DNA of 64,000 nucleotides from Bacteroidales bacterium (GTDB lineage: Bacteria; Bacteroidota; Bacteroidia; Bacteroidales; UBA1715), in contig JAKSTZ010000004.1 in the NCBI GenBank assembly GCA_024402335.1, positions 30,058 through 94,057 on the forward strand. Direction: 5' to 3'. The notes under the pieces were generated by a model that did no database searches, was not told the DNA's origin, and saw only the letters and a program-made list of their open reading frames with translations. Positions 31,254 to 40,700 of this stretch are shown here, one piece after another (the first letter of the stretch is position 1; each line of letters begins with the position of its first letter). The translations under genes and the position numbers were made by a program.

Positions 31254-31724
31254 ATGGCTATTTCTTATGTAACAGAAGAAGGCTTGCGTAAACTACAGCA
31301 AGAACTAGAACAATTGACAACTGTTGAGCGAAAGAAAATCTCTCAACAAATTGCAGAGGCTCGTGACAAAGGAGACTTGTCGGAAAACGCAGAATACGAT
31401 GCTGCACGAGAAGCACAAGGATTATTGGAATTACGTATTTCTAAACTGCAACAAACAATTATGAATTCTCGTATTCTCGACGAATCAAAATTGGACTTGT
31501 CCACAGTTCAGATTTTATCGAAAGTAAAACTACGCAATACCAAGACAAATAAAGAAATGCAATACACAATTGTTGCAGAATCCGAAGCAGATTTAAAAAC
31601 TGGTAAAATTGCTATCAGCACACCTATTGCCAAAGGTTTGCTAGGTAAAAAAGTTGGTGACATTGCAGAAGTTCAAGTTCCTGCAGGAACTATTCCTTTT
31701 GAAATAATTGAAATATCTCGTTAA
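31254..31724 (+). CDS. greA: Transcription elongation factor GreA
   Basis: About 156 aa from MAISYVTEEGLRKLQQELE, with the DLSENAEYDAAREAQ motif. Confidence 0.95.
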   Translation: MAISYVTEEGLRKLQQELEQLTTVERKKISQQIAEARDKGDLSENAEYDAAREAQGLLELRISKLQQTIMNSRILDESKLDLSTVQILSKVKLRNTKTNKEMQYTIVAESEADLKTGKIAISTPIAKGLLGKKVGDIAEVQVPAGTIPFEIIEISR

Positions 31725-31728
31725 TACT

Positions 31729-32124
31729 ATGGCTTCTATTTTCTCTAAAATTGTTGCTGGCGAAATTCCAGCACACAAAGTTGCCGAAAACGATGAATTT
31801 TTGGCTTTCCTTGACATCAATCCTATGACAATGGGACACACATTAGTGATTCCAAAAAAAGAAATCTCATACATCTTCGATGTTGATGATGATCTTCTTG
31901 GAAGAATGATGGTTTTTGCAAAACAAGTAGCAAAAGCTATCGAAAAAAGTGTTGAATGTGCTCGTATCGGTGTTGGTGTTGTTGGATTAGAAGTACCTCA
32001 CTGCCACATTCACTTAATTCCTCTACACAACTCTGTTGGAGAAATGAACTTTGGCGGTCCAAAACTTTCTCCTTCTAACGAGGAATTGGCTGAAATGGCT
32101 GCAAAGATTAAATCTAATCTATAA
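31729..32124 (+). CDS. HIT-family (histidine triad) nucleotide hydrolase
   Basis: MASIFSKIVAGEIPA at the N-terminus and the histidine triad HCHIHLIP. Confidence 0.9.
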   Translation: MASIFSKIVAGEIPAHKVAENDEFLAFLDINPMTMGHTLVIPKKEISYIFDVDDDLLGRMMVFAKQVAKAIEKSVECARIGVGVVGLEVPHCHIHLIPLHNSVGEMNFGGPKLSPSNEELAEMAAKIKSNL

Positions 32125-32136
32125 ATCTCTTTCCTC

Positions 32137-33447
32137 ATGGAAAAGATTGCTATTTATACAGAATCAAAGTTTTTACCTGAGAAGAATTATGTCTTCAAAG
32201 TAATATTTGAGGAAATTCTTGGCATACAATACGATGTACACGATACTTCCGTAAGCCAAGTGTATAAAATAGTATTACCTAACGGGAAATTTATTGAGTT
32301 CGCCGACGATTTTTTTACATATATTCCTGAATCTATAGGATATTGCAAAAAAGCATACTTGCCTCAACAAGTGTGGGAACTAAAAAACAGCTTCGGCGAA
32401 CCAATTCCTTTTTTCTATGGTTCAAATCGTTTTACCGACCATGGAAAATCAATATACTGCGGTCTTGACATCATTGGCAATTCGTTCTTTATGCTCAGCC
32501 GTTGGGAGGAAATAATAGCCGACAAAAAAGACACATACGGCAGATTTCCAGAAGACCAAGCATGCGCGGTGAAATTCGGGTTAATACAAAAACCACTGGT
32601 ACACATTTACGCTGAATTCCTACGTAAACTATTTCAGAAATTCGATTACGACATTCCTGTTAGACAAACCTATAAAAAAGTTCTTACCCACGATATTGAC
32701 TATTTGTACAAATGGGGTACCCGTTTCGACTACGTAAAAAATTGCGTAGGAGATATCTGTAAACGATTATCCATCAAGTCGTTGAAAACGACCATGAATA
32801 CATATAAGAACGGGAATGACCCATACGATACCTATCAATATCTTATGGATTTAAGTGAACAAAACGGACAAAAATCCTTGTTTTATTTTCTGAAAACGAA
32901 GAAAAACGATTTTGAAATAATAACAGAACGCGGTCAAAAGATAATACAATCTATCATTGCCAGAAATCACGACATCGCTATACATTCAAACTATTTTCTT
33001 GAAGGAGAATGGCGTGAAATTCAAGCTGACAAAGAATACTACGAACGTATTTTCAGCAAGAAAATTGAGAAAAACCGACAACATTACCTAAAAGTAAATT
33101 TCCCACAAACATTTCGTTTATTGGAAGAAAACGGCATTTCACAAGACAGTAGCTTGTACTATCCTCATCATTTAGGATTTCGTACCGGCATGTGCATAGA
33201 ACATTCCCTTTTCGACTGCGAAAGACGAAGAATCATGAAAATCAAGGAACTTCCATTGACACTTATGGATATCACCTTGCAAAAAGCACGAAAATACGAT
33301 GAAGCCATAGAAATGGTTGACTCACTGATAGAAACAGTAAAAAAATATAACGGTACTTTTGTATGTCTATGGCATAACAGTAGTTTCAATTCTCCAGAAT
33401 GGAGATATTTAGATGGAATTTACGAGCACATAGTGAAAGCAAAATAA
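32137..33447 (+). CDS. Hypothetical protein, possibly with a polysaccharide-deacetylase-like fold
   Basis: 436-aa ORF with coding-like composition. The THDIDY and HSNYF segments weakly resemble deacetylase-type metal ligands. The assignment is weak. Confidence 0.5.
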   Translation: MEKIAIYTESKFLPEKNYVFKVIFEEILGIQYDVHDTSVSQVYKIVLPNGKFIEFADDFFTYIPESIGYCKKAYLPQQVWELKNSFGEPIPFFYGSNRFTDHGKSIYCGLDIIGNSFFMLSRWEEIIADKKDTYGRFPEDQACAVKFGLIQKPLVHIYAEFLRKLFQKFDYDIPVRQTYKKVLTHDIDYLYKWGTRFDYVKNCVGDICKRLSIKSLKTTMNTYKNGNDPYDTYQYLMDLSEQNGQKSLFYFLKTKKNDFEIITERGQKIIQSIIARNHDIAIHSNYFLEGEWREIQADKEYYERIFSKKIEKNRQHYLKVNFPQTFRLLEENGISQDSSLYYPHHLGFRTGMCIEHSLFDCERRRIMKIKELPLTLMDITLQKARKYDEAIEMVDSLIETVKKYNGTFVCLWHNSSFNSPEWRYLDGIYEHIVKAK

Positions 33448-33472
33448 TCCTACATTTACCAAAAATTATACA

Positions 33473-34453
33473 ATGAAGAACATATTTGGAGACATATTTA
33501 AAGTTGTGATTTTCGGAGAAAGTCATGGAGATAAAGTTGGCGTTGTTGTTGATGGTTGTCCTGTTGGCATAGATTTATGCGAGGCAGACTTCGACACCGA
33601 CATTCAACGTCGTCGTTCTGGGAAATTAGGTTCTACTCCACGCATCGAAGCCGATATTCCACATATTGTAAGCGGCGTGTTCAACGGGAAAACGAACGGT
33701 TCTCCAATTACTATTCTTTTTGAAAACACCAACACAAAATCTGGAGATTACTCAAACTTGGTAAATCATCCAAGACCAGGACATGCAGATTTCACAGCAA
33801 AAGAAAAATTTAAGGGATTTAACGACCCACGTGGTGGCGGACACTTTTCTGGAAGAATCACACTTGGACTTGTAGCTGCTGGTGTGATTGCAAAGAAAAT
33901 TGTTGCACCAATTCAGATAGAAGCAACCTTAACTGAAGTTGGCGGCAGTACAAATATTGAAGAAACTATTAAAGAAGCTATTCGCCGACAAGATTCAATC
34001 GGCGGCATGGTTTCTTGTACATGTACAAACGTTCCAGTTGGTCTTGGAGAACCATTTTTCGGTTCTGTAGAATCCGAAATCGCACACATAATGTTCTCAA
34101 TTCCAGCAATAAAAAGTATAGATTTTGGTTGCGGACGTGAGGCAGCAAAAATGTACGGAAGCGAACATAACGATATGATTATCGAAGCTTCAGGAAAAAC
34201 TGCAACAAATAATGCAGGAGGAATAAACGGCGGAATCACAAATGGCAATGATATAACGTTCTCTGTGGCCGTTAAACCAACCGCAAGCATTTCTCTACCA
34301 CAAGACACTTATAACTTCGCAGACGGCAAAATAGAGCCACTTACAATAGTGGGAAGACATGATGCATGTATTGCAGTACGTGTGCCAGTAATTGTTGAAT
34401 GTGCAGCTGCAATTGTTCTTGCTGATTTAACATTAAAAGCAAAAGCACAGTAA
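33473..34453 (+). CDS. aroC: Chorismate synthase
   Basis: 326 aa with FGESHG, RPGHAD and GRHDAC motifs. Confidence 0.9.
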   Translation: MKNIFGDIFKVVIFGESHGDKVGVVVDGCPVGIDLCEADFDTDIQRRRSGKLGSTPRIEADIPHIVSGVFNGKTNGSPITILFENTNTKSGDYSNLVNHPRPGHADFTAKEKFKGFNDPRGGGHFSGRITLGLVAAGVIAKKIVAPIQIEATLTEVGGSTNIEETIKEAIRRQDSIGGMVSCTCTNVPVGLGEPFFGSVESEIAHIMFSIPAIKSIDFGCGREAAKMYGSEHNDMIIEASGKTATNNAGGINGGITNGNDITFSVAVKPTASISLPQDTYNFADGKIEPLTIVGRHDACIAVRVPVIVECAAAIVLADLTLKAKAQ

Positions 34454-34473
34454 CAAACAATTGATTACAACAT

Positions 34474-34509
34474 AAAAAAAGCAGAACCTCATTGAGATTC
34501 TGCTTTTTT
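34474..34509. terminator. Bidirectional terminator between aroC and the lysA-like gene
   Basis: A7-GCAGAACCTCATTGAGATTCTGC-T6. Confidence 0.7.
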
Positions 34510-34529
34510 ATATATCCACACAACTTCTA

Positions 34530-35789
34530 TTACTTAAAATCTTTCAAGCCTGTAAAGTCAAGAGTTGCAAATAAATCTTCGACCGTTTCTGCACGGCGAA
34601 TCATTTTAACACTACCGTCAGTTCGTAACAAAAGTTCTGCCGAACGAAGTTTTCCATTATAGTTGAATCCCATTGCATGACCATGAGCGCCTGCATCGTG
34701 GATTGCAATAATATCACCAACTTCTACTTCTGGGAGATTACGGTTAATTGCAAATTTATCGTTGTTTTCGCATAGCGAACCTGTCACATCATAAACATGA
34801 TCGCAAGGAGCATTTTCCTTACCTAAAACTGTAATATGATGATAAGCGCCATACATACCTGGACGCATCAAGTTGTTCATACTTGCATCAACGCCAACAT
34901 ATTCACGGAACGTGTGTTTCAAGTGACGAACTGTTGTTACCAAATATCCGTAAGGTCCTGTAATAAAACGTCCTGACTCTAAATACAATTTTACAGGAGC
35001 CATACCATTAGGAACTAAGATAGACTCATATTCCTTACGAATACCTTCGCTAATCTTGAATACGTCAAGTTTCTTTTGTTCTGGACGGTAAGGAATACCA
35101 AGACCACCACCAAGATTGATAAAATCGAATTTTATGCCTAATTGTTTATTGATTTTCACAACAAGATTGAAAAGAATACGAGCAGTTTCAACAAAATACT
35201 CTTCATTCAATTCATTTGAAGCAACCATAGTATGAATACCAAAGCGTTTTACGCCTTTGTCCATCAACATTTTATAGCCGTCGAACAATTGGTTTTCCAT
35301 ACAACCATATTTTGCTTCTTCCGGATTACCGATAATATCGTTACCAGACTTCAAACTTCCTGGATTATAACGAAAAGAAACTAACTCAGGAATACCTGCA
35401 CACTTTTCTAAGAAAGCAACATGCGAAATATCGTCAAGATTGATGATAGCACCCAATTCTTTTGCTTTCTTGAATTCGTAATCGCCAGTATCGTTCGAAG
35501 TGAACATAATGTTTTCGCCAACATTGCCAACTTGTTCTGAAATTAATAGCTCAGGATAAGAACTACAATCACAGCCGAAACCATGTTGAGCCAACAACTT
35601 TGCCAAATATGGATTTGGAGCAGCTTTTACTGCAAAATATTCATGAAAACCTTCATTCCAAGCAAATGCTTTTTTTAATTCTTCTGCATTTTCCAAAATT
35701 GCTTTTTCATCATAAATATGAAAAGGCGTTGGGAACTGTTTTATAATTTCTTGTATTTTTTCTTTTGAAAAAGGAAGTGTTTTTGCCAT
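34530..35789 (-). CDS. lysA: PLP-dependent Orn/DAP/Arg decarboxylase family 2 enzyme, probably diaminopimelate decarboxylase
   Basis: PTPFHIYDE, a PLP-lysine context (YFAVKAAPNP), GGGLGIPY and CENND motifs. The ATG at 35789 (MAKTLPF) is preferred. A -7 box lies at 35810-35817. Confidence 0.7.
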   Translation of the reverse strand: MAKTLPFSKEKIQEIIKQFPTPFHIYDEKAILENAEELKKAFAWNEGFHEYFAVKAAPNPYLAKLLAQHGFGCDCSSYPELLISEQVGNVGENIMFTSNDTGDYEFKKAKELGAIINLDDISHVAFLEKCAGIPELVSFRYNPGSLKSGNDIIGNPEEAKYGCMENQLFDGYKMLMDKGVKRFGIHTMVASNELNEEYFVETARILFNLVVKINKQLGIKFDFINLGGGLGIPYRPEQKKLDVFKISEGIRKEYESILVPNGMAPVKLYLESGRFITGPYGYLVTTVRHLKHTFREYVGVDASMNNLMRPGMYGAYHHITVLGKENAPCDHVYDVTGSLCENNDKFAINRNLPEVEVGDIIAIHDAGAHGHAMGFNYNGKLRSAELLLRTDGSVKMIRRAETVEDLFATLDFTGLKDFK

Positions 35790-35809
35790 AATTCCAATTA
35801 TTAGTAATG

Positions 35810-35817
35810 CAAAATTA
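35810..35817 (-). promoter_or_regulatory. -7 box (TAATTTTG) for the lysA-like gene
   Basis: The plus strand reads CAAAATTA, 21 nt upstream of the ATG at 35789. Confidence 0.45.
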
Positions 35818-35966
35818 CAATTTCTCGTTCGAAATACAACCATTTCACATGATTTATCTTAAAGTATTTAATGTATGTCAAACGACTTGTTCGAAAAGAA
35901 ATTTACCTTAGAAAAAAAAGATTGAAATATTTTTCACATTTCTATTGGAAATATAAAAAATAGAGT

Positions 35967-35974
35967 TACTTTTG
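35967..35974 (+). promoter_or_regulatory. -7 box (TACTTTTG) for tRNA-Pro
   Basis: 13 nt upstream of the mature tRNA 5' end at 35987. Confidence 0.5.
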
Positions 35975-35986
35975 CATCGTTAAAAA

Positions 35987-36061
35987 CGGGGTATAGTACA
36001 GTCCGGTTAGTATGCTTGGTTTGGGACCAAGAGGTCGCAGGTTCGAATCCTGCTACCCCGA
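35987..36061 (+). tRNA. tRNA-Pro (anticodon UGG)
   Basis: Cloverleaf read by eye: acceptor CGGGGTA/TACCCCG, anticodon arm CTTGG-TTTGGGA-CCAAG, and a T-arm GGTTCGAATCC. CCA is not encoded. Promoter box at 35967-35974 and terminator at 36067-36093. Confidence 0.9.
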
Positions 36062-36066
36062 CACAA

Positions 36067-36093
36067 AAAGGAACAAGAAATTGTTCCTTTTTT
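36067..36093 (+). terminator. Terminator after tRNA-Pro
   Basis: AAAGGAACAA-GAAA-TTGTTCCTTT followed by a T-run. Confidence 0.75.
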
Positions 36094-36590
36094 GTTTTTA
36101 TAACCACCATGTCATTTTTGCCAAACAACAGTAAAGTGCAACCAATTAATGGATTCAAACGATAATCTATTGACGTTAAAGCCCTACGGGCTATGTTTAC
36201 GTTCGCTCATTTCGTAAGACAAATAACCCCATACTTTTCTTTCTACAGCGAAAGAAAAGTATGCAAAAGAACGCCGTCGACCCACGCCTTCGCTAAAAAA
36301 CGACTGCATTCCGCTAAAGGATTTGGAATGCCGCGTGGTTAGATTTACCAATGGCATTGCCGGAGGCATCAAATCCTTTTTTACGCTTCATTCCGTCGTT
36401 TTTCTTAACGCTCATTCGTGAAGTCGAAAGATTCAATCTTTGGATGTTTATTGTATGCGACAGGCAATAGATTTTATTTTTAGTTTTCCATCCATGTAAG
36501 AACAACCTTACTACCAAGATGTATATAATTTCCAATAAAAAAGGCCACCGTTTCCGATAGCCTTTTATTCTATTTGGAATAGAGAAATTT
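36094..36590. other. ~500-bp ORF-poor, hairpin-rich non-coding region next to tRNA-Pro (candidate ncRNA or decayed element)
   Basis: Perfect 14-bp stem at 36230-36263. Several mutually exclusive helices at 36306-36379. An imperfect direct repeat CGCTCATT(T)CGT(A/G)AAG at 36204 and 36409. Confidence 0.3.
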
Positions 36591-37718
36591 CTATTTATAC
36601 GAAATCTCACGACTCATTGTTTTCGTTTTTCCGTTCTCCGTAACTGTTAAAGAAGTCCAGTTACCTTGTTCATCAAATTCGTAGGTATATTGGCAAAGTG
36701 AACGACCGTTTACGCTTTTCACAACACAATCTTTATCGTTATATTCACATTGGAACATTGGAGTCATTTCACCACTTTCTTGTTTTTTCTGAACCTTAAC
36801 AATACGATTTTTGCTGTCGCGATTCATCACGCAATAATCATAGCGGTAACCGTCGTAGCTTGAATATTCCGCCAAATTTCCTACTGAATCATACACCATA
36901 GTATTCGTTTCAGAACTAATTAGCGGAGGATTTCTCTTTGCACGTTTAAAGTAACCTTTATTCACTTTCGAAAGCTTACCATTTTCGTAAAAATACATTG
37001 AGCTCTCAACCATAGGACTGTTAGTATATGACTTAATTTGTTGTTGTAGAACTTTCTTTTTATAAGTAAAATCAAGTACTGCATCACGAGAATTGTTACT
37101 TGCAGTAATAATCTTTTCTTTCATTAAGCCATTGCCTTTGTAATCGTACAAATACATAGCATCTATAGCCCATTCTCGTACCTGAGAACCTAATATTTCC
37201 AATAAATAAATTCGAGGTGAGGTAAGTGTTTTGCTCCAGCCGTCAAGGAAAATATAGTCGTCTGTAACAATTAACTTAGAAGAACTATAATAACTTAACA
37301 TAGCCTTTTGTTCTGAACAAGGATACAAACTTGCTTCACTCGCTACACGACCTTTTTTATCGTATGTGATTGCAATAATTTTATCTACAAGATGTACAAC
37401 TTCTACTTGACCATTTTCATTATAAGTCAACTTGCAAAGTACCTTACCGTCATTTGTAATTTCTTGTAATTTACCAAGCTCATTATACGTACATACATAT
37501 TGAACGCCATCTTTTTGAACAGTGATTTTTCCAATAGAACCTGTCGCCAATGCAAATTCAAAATTAGATTGAATCAATGAAGACAAAGAATATTCAGGAC
37601 GATTAGCCATTAAATTCTTTGGAGAAAAGGTTGTAGAGACTTCATCTGCCGTCATCATTTGAGCAAATGAACAAAGAGAGAAAAATGTCAATACAAATAC
37701 ACTAACTAAATGTTTCAT
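36591..37718 (-). CDS. Secreted hypothetical protein with YD/RHS-like short repeats
   Basis: Signal peptide MKHLVSVFVLTFFSLCSFAQ. Recurring TYNELGKL..., TYNENGQV..., TYDKKGRV..., VYDSVGNL... and YEFDEQGNW segments. Confidence 0.6.
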   Translation of the reverse strand: MKHLVSVFVLTFFSLCSFAQMMTADEVSTTFSPKNLMANRPEYSLSSLIQSNFEFALATGSIGKITVQKDGVQYVCTYNELGKLQEITNDGKVLCKLTYNENGQVEVVHLVDKIIAITYDKKGRVASEASLYPCSEQKAMLSYYSSSKLIVTDDYIFLDGWSKTLTSPRIYLLEILGSQVREWAIDAMYLYDYKGNGLMKEKIITASNNSRDAVLDFTYKKKVLQQQIKSYTNSPMVESSMYFYENGKLSKVNKGYFKRAKRNPPLISSETNTMVYDSVGNLAEYSSYDGYRYDYCVMNRDSKNRIVKVQKKQESGEMTPMFQCEYNDKDCVVKSVNGRSLCQYTYEFDEQGNWTSLTVTENGKTKTMSREISYK

Positions 37719-37734
37719 TACGGTTATATTTTAT

Positions 37735-37767
37735 AAAAACAGAAGGCTATCCTAAGGACAGCCTTCT
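37735..37767 (-). terminator. Terminator after the giant T9SS protein gene
   Basis: AGAAGGCT...AGCCTTCT stem followed on the minus strand by GTTTTTAT. Confidence 0.6.
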
Positions 37768-37782
37768 ATCTTACAATAGTAT

Positions 37783-40700
37783 TTATTTCTTTATAAAACT
37801 TGCTTTTGCTTTAACTTTATGGTTATTCGAAACAACGACATAATACAAGCCAGCTTTCAAGTTATTTACAGACACTTCCTGATTTTCAGAGTCTGCGACA
37901 AGAGTCATTGCCGTTTTACCTGAAGATGCAACAATTTGAATCATATCGCCTTCAGAAACACCCGCGATAGTTATTTCTGAACTTGCAACAGAAGGATAAG
38001 CAAGAATAGATGTCGCAGCTATATCGTCAACTGCTGTAGTTGCCATGTGATATTCAAAATTAGGAACAGCAGCGCCATACAATGAACTCAATGAATTTCC
38101 TTTATATTCAATAACGATATCGTTAGGATCGTCGATAAATGAGCCAAGAGAAATTACAATTCGATTTGGATTCAATGGCCACAAAGAAACATCTTTTACA
38201 TTGTACATAGGAATTTCTTTTCCATAAACGTACAATTCTGAATATACTGTAGGAGCAGGAGCACTCATACTTTCTGCGAAGTCAAGATACAACTGGTCGC
38301 CTTTCAAACTCATTTCTACAGAAAGAATTTCAGGAACTTTAGTTACAACTACAACCATTCTATCACTTAAAGCAGTATTGTTTGTATATGAAACCGAAAT
38401 TGCTGTACTACCAGCTTGTTTTGCTTCTATCATACCTGATCCATACACTTGAGCGACAGAATTATTCGAAGAAGTCCATGTGAAATTAGTATAGTCTGAA
38501 GTAGCACCAACTGGATTAAGTATCAAGTTTGGAGTATATTTCTGACCTTCTACCAAGTAAATCTTATCAGATTCAAATGCAACTTTTGTCAATTCATTCT
38601 TAATCTCAGAGTTCAAGAAGGCATCGATAGCATTTTGTAAAGATGAAACAGCTGAATTTACAATAGCTTGGTTTGTTGGATTGCTATTTAAAACGCTATT
38701 TGCAGCAGCGATTTCATTTTGCAACATATTGAAGCTTTCAGCAGGAATATTACCTACCGAAGTTCCCTTCTTAGATTCATTTATAGAAGCTGTTGTGATA
38801 GCCTCTTGAATCTTTTGTTGTAAGTTCGACAAATCTACACCATCGATTTTGCTTGCCAAGAATGTATCCATTGCAGCTTTCAAAGCAGCAACTTGTTTAT
38901 CCAATTCAGCTTGAGTATAAGACAAGTAATCATCGTAATAACTTTGTGCTACTCGTATTGCTTGAGTTAAGATAATTTTTGCAGAAGATGGATACAAATT
39001 GTCGTTTGCATACATAGTAGAGATGTTATTTGCAAGAGTGATTGTTTGTCCAAGTTCTGTTCTATCAACTGTGATACCTTTAGTAACGGTAACCTTTGTT
39101 GTTGCAGTATTTGAACATCCATTCAAATCTTCATACGTGTATGAAATTGTATAAACGCCTACACCTACAGTAGGATCAAACTTAGAACCTGTAACACCTT
39201 CTCCACTCAATACGCCACCAGCAGGAGAAGCAGAGATTGAAACAGGAGCATCATTAGTTGTCAAAGCATCTACTGATGAAACTGAAACAACTGGCAAATC
39301 ATATACATGTAAAGTGACTTTCGTTGCTGGACTTTGACAAGTTGTTTTTTGAGCTACATAATAATAATATGTACCCGCAGCTGCAACATTTGGAGTAAAC
39401 GTCTTTGTAGTAGCTACCGACTTAGTTAAAGCGGCGTCTGAATACCAAGTCACAGAATTTGCAGCACTTGTAGTAAACGATGGAGTAGTTGCTTCCACAC
39501 ACATTGATTGGTCATCTTTAGCAACAACCGGAGCTGTCAAATCGCAATCAGATATTTGTAAACTTACAGGTGTTTTTTCAGAAGCACATCCTGTTGATTT
39601 ATTTGAGACTACTACATAATATATATATGTACCAACTTCAGTTTGTTTAGTAGACAAACTACTGCCTGTTCCAACAGATGCATTATTGTAATACCAAGTC
39701 ACTGTATTGGCAGTACTTGTTGTGACTTTTAGATCAGGGATTGTTGATCCATACATTGCATTCACATCAGTTGCTGTAAATTCAGGAGCTTCATTGATAG
39801 AATAAGTTACTGTTGTAGCTTGGCTATAACAACCATCAACATATTGTTTTACTGAATAAGTGCCAGCAGTTGCTGGAGAATATGTATTTCCTTTTGCAAG
39901 TTCTTCTCCTGTAGCAGAGTACCAGATTGAAACAACATCAGCACTGAATGTTCCCTTTTCACCTTCACAAACCGAAACATTAGCGACAACTGGTTTTGCA
40001 GGAATTGCATTTTCTATCAATGTCACTGGAATCTTAGTGCTTTCACAACCACCCTTTTCTTGGTAAACAAAATACTTTCCAGCTGTAGATGTCACGAACG
40101 AGCTTGTAGAACTAACTGTTTTGCCACTTTCATCTTCCCATATCCAAGAAGCAGTAGCATCACCTGTTGCTGTAAATGTAACCTTTTCCGTACTTCCGGC
40201 ACACAATGACTGAGTTGCATTTGCAACCTTTGGAGCCGATAAATCACAACCATTAACAATAGTCAACGTAACTTCGGCAGACTTGCTTGTACCATCTTCC
40301 GTGGTAACTGTCACAGTAATAGTCACATCAGTATTTACTTCCACATCCGAAGCAGAAACGACGCCATCAACTACAGAAACAAGAGGAGAAGAAGCCGCCC
40401 AAACAATTGATTCAACTGAAGCATCAGAAGGATTTATCACTACCATAGTTGACAAATCAATAGAACTACCTTCCGATACCATTAAATCTTTTGTGTTATT
40501 GAAAGCAACAGATTCTACTGGTGCAACTACAGAAATTTCGCAACTAACAGATTTTGTAGCCGTATAAGTTGAAGTAGCTGTAATTGTTGCCTTACCGGCG
40601 CCAATAGCTGTAATCTTTCCATTTGCATCAACAGAAACAACTTTTGGATCTGAAGAAGACCAAGACACAGTTGTTGGTGCAGTAGCTGGAGTAATTGTTA

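Noticed and set aside
35790-35986. Possible lysine riboswitch upstream of the lysA-like gene.
   Set aside because: The -7 box lies 21 nt from the ATG, which leaves a leader too short for an L-box. The rest of the spacer serves the divergent tRNA promoter.
35934-36158. 74-aa minus-strand ORF.
   Set aside because: It overlaps the tRNA-Pro gene and its terminator on the opposite strand.
36184-36610. 62-aa and 98-aa minus-strand ORFs in the region downstream of tRNA-Pro.
   Set aside because: They have no plausible start context, an odd composition, and run across perfect hairpins. I treat the region as non-coding and structured instead.
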